DNA of 6,174 nucleotides, taken from assembly GCA_005191425.1 (NCBI GenBank), contig SUPR01000159.1, positions 1 to 6,174 on the forward strand, written 5' to 3'. Of the stretch, positions 5,680-6,174 are shown in pieces. A model generated the notes under the pieces. It made no database searches. It saw nothing but the letters and a program-made list of their open reading frames with translations, and had not been told where the DNA came from. The position numbers and the translations under genes were made by a program. The stretch is from Candidatus Helarchaeota ASGARD archaeon Hel_GB_B. Its GTDB lineage: Archaea > Asgardarchaeota > Lokiarchaeia > Helarchaeales > HEL-GB-B. The first letter of the stretch is position 1. Each line of letters opens with the position of its first letter.

Positions 5680-6174
5680 ATGGATGAACTATATAATTCT
5701 ACTGTCAAGATTAAGAATTTATTATCAAATATTAACCTTCCTAATAGAATTTCTATCGAAATCAAGTTTAATATTAATAAAGATTTTGGTGAAAAATTAT
5801 TTAAATTAATTGAAGATCGAATTGAAATTATTAGTAAATTAGATGATAAAAGTTTAGATAATATTGAATTAAATTTTGAGATTGATTTAATAAAAATATT
5901 ATTCTATATAGAAAAATATGAAGAATGTATTAAATATTTAATTATTTTAAATAAATTATTTCCTAATAATAGAAATATTCTTTATTATCTAGGATATATT
6001 TATTATGTCATAAATAAATATAATGAATCTATTTCTTATTTTAAACAATTATTAAAATTATCACCCAGAAATCCACAAATCTATAACCAAATTGCTTTAA
6101 TTTATTGGGCTATGAACCAACCTCAAAGGGCAATTGAGTTACTTAAAAAAGCAATTAAAATAAATAATAAACAT
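5680..6174 (+). CDS. TPR protein; C-terminus truncated by window edge
   Basis: Manually translated, 165 codons open to the edge: MDELYNSTVKIKNLLSNINLPNRISIEIKFNINKDFGEKLFKLIEDRIEIISKLDDKSLDNIELNFEIDLIKILFYIEKYEECIKYLIILNKLFPNNRNILYYLGYIYYVINKYNESISYFKQLLKLSPRNPQIYNQIALIYWAMNQPQRAIELLKKAIKINNKH. TPRs lie at aa ~64-97 (degenerate), 98-131 and 132-165. Confidence 0.88.
   Translation, partial: MDELYNSTVKIKNLLSNINLPNRISIEIKFNINKDFGEKLFKLIEDRIEIISKLDDKSLDNIELNFEIDLIKILFYIEKYEECIKYLIILNKLFPNNRNILYYLGYIYYVINKYNESISYFKQLLKLSPRNPQIYNQIALIYWAMNQPQRAIELLKKAIKINNKH

Overview
A very AT-rich window (roughly 20-25% GC by eye) with five protein-coding genes and no RNA genes, CRISPR array or mobile element. 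The minus strand carries four co-oriented genes: a 561-aa TPR protein (3902-5587), an 874-aa classical-clade AAA ATPase (1230-3854), a 188-aa all-helical orphan (544-1110) and a longin-like protein running off the left edge (<1-296, missing from the ORF track). A second TPR gene (5680->6174, also missing from the track) is transcribed divergently on the plus strand. The standout is the ATPase. It has three tandem Cdc48/VCP-like AAA modules instead of two, and only the middle one keeps a full catalytic set. A ~55-aa Cys-rich segment replaces the Cdc48 N-domain, and the chain ends in an HbYX-type tail (-GYYA). This suggests a three-tier, possibly 20S-proteasome-docking unfoldase with a TPR adaptor. 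The gene content (longin-like, TPR, Cdc48-like) suggests an Asgard-type archaeon, but that is inference. Novelty cannot be confirmed without database searches.
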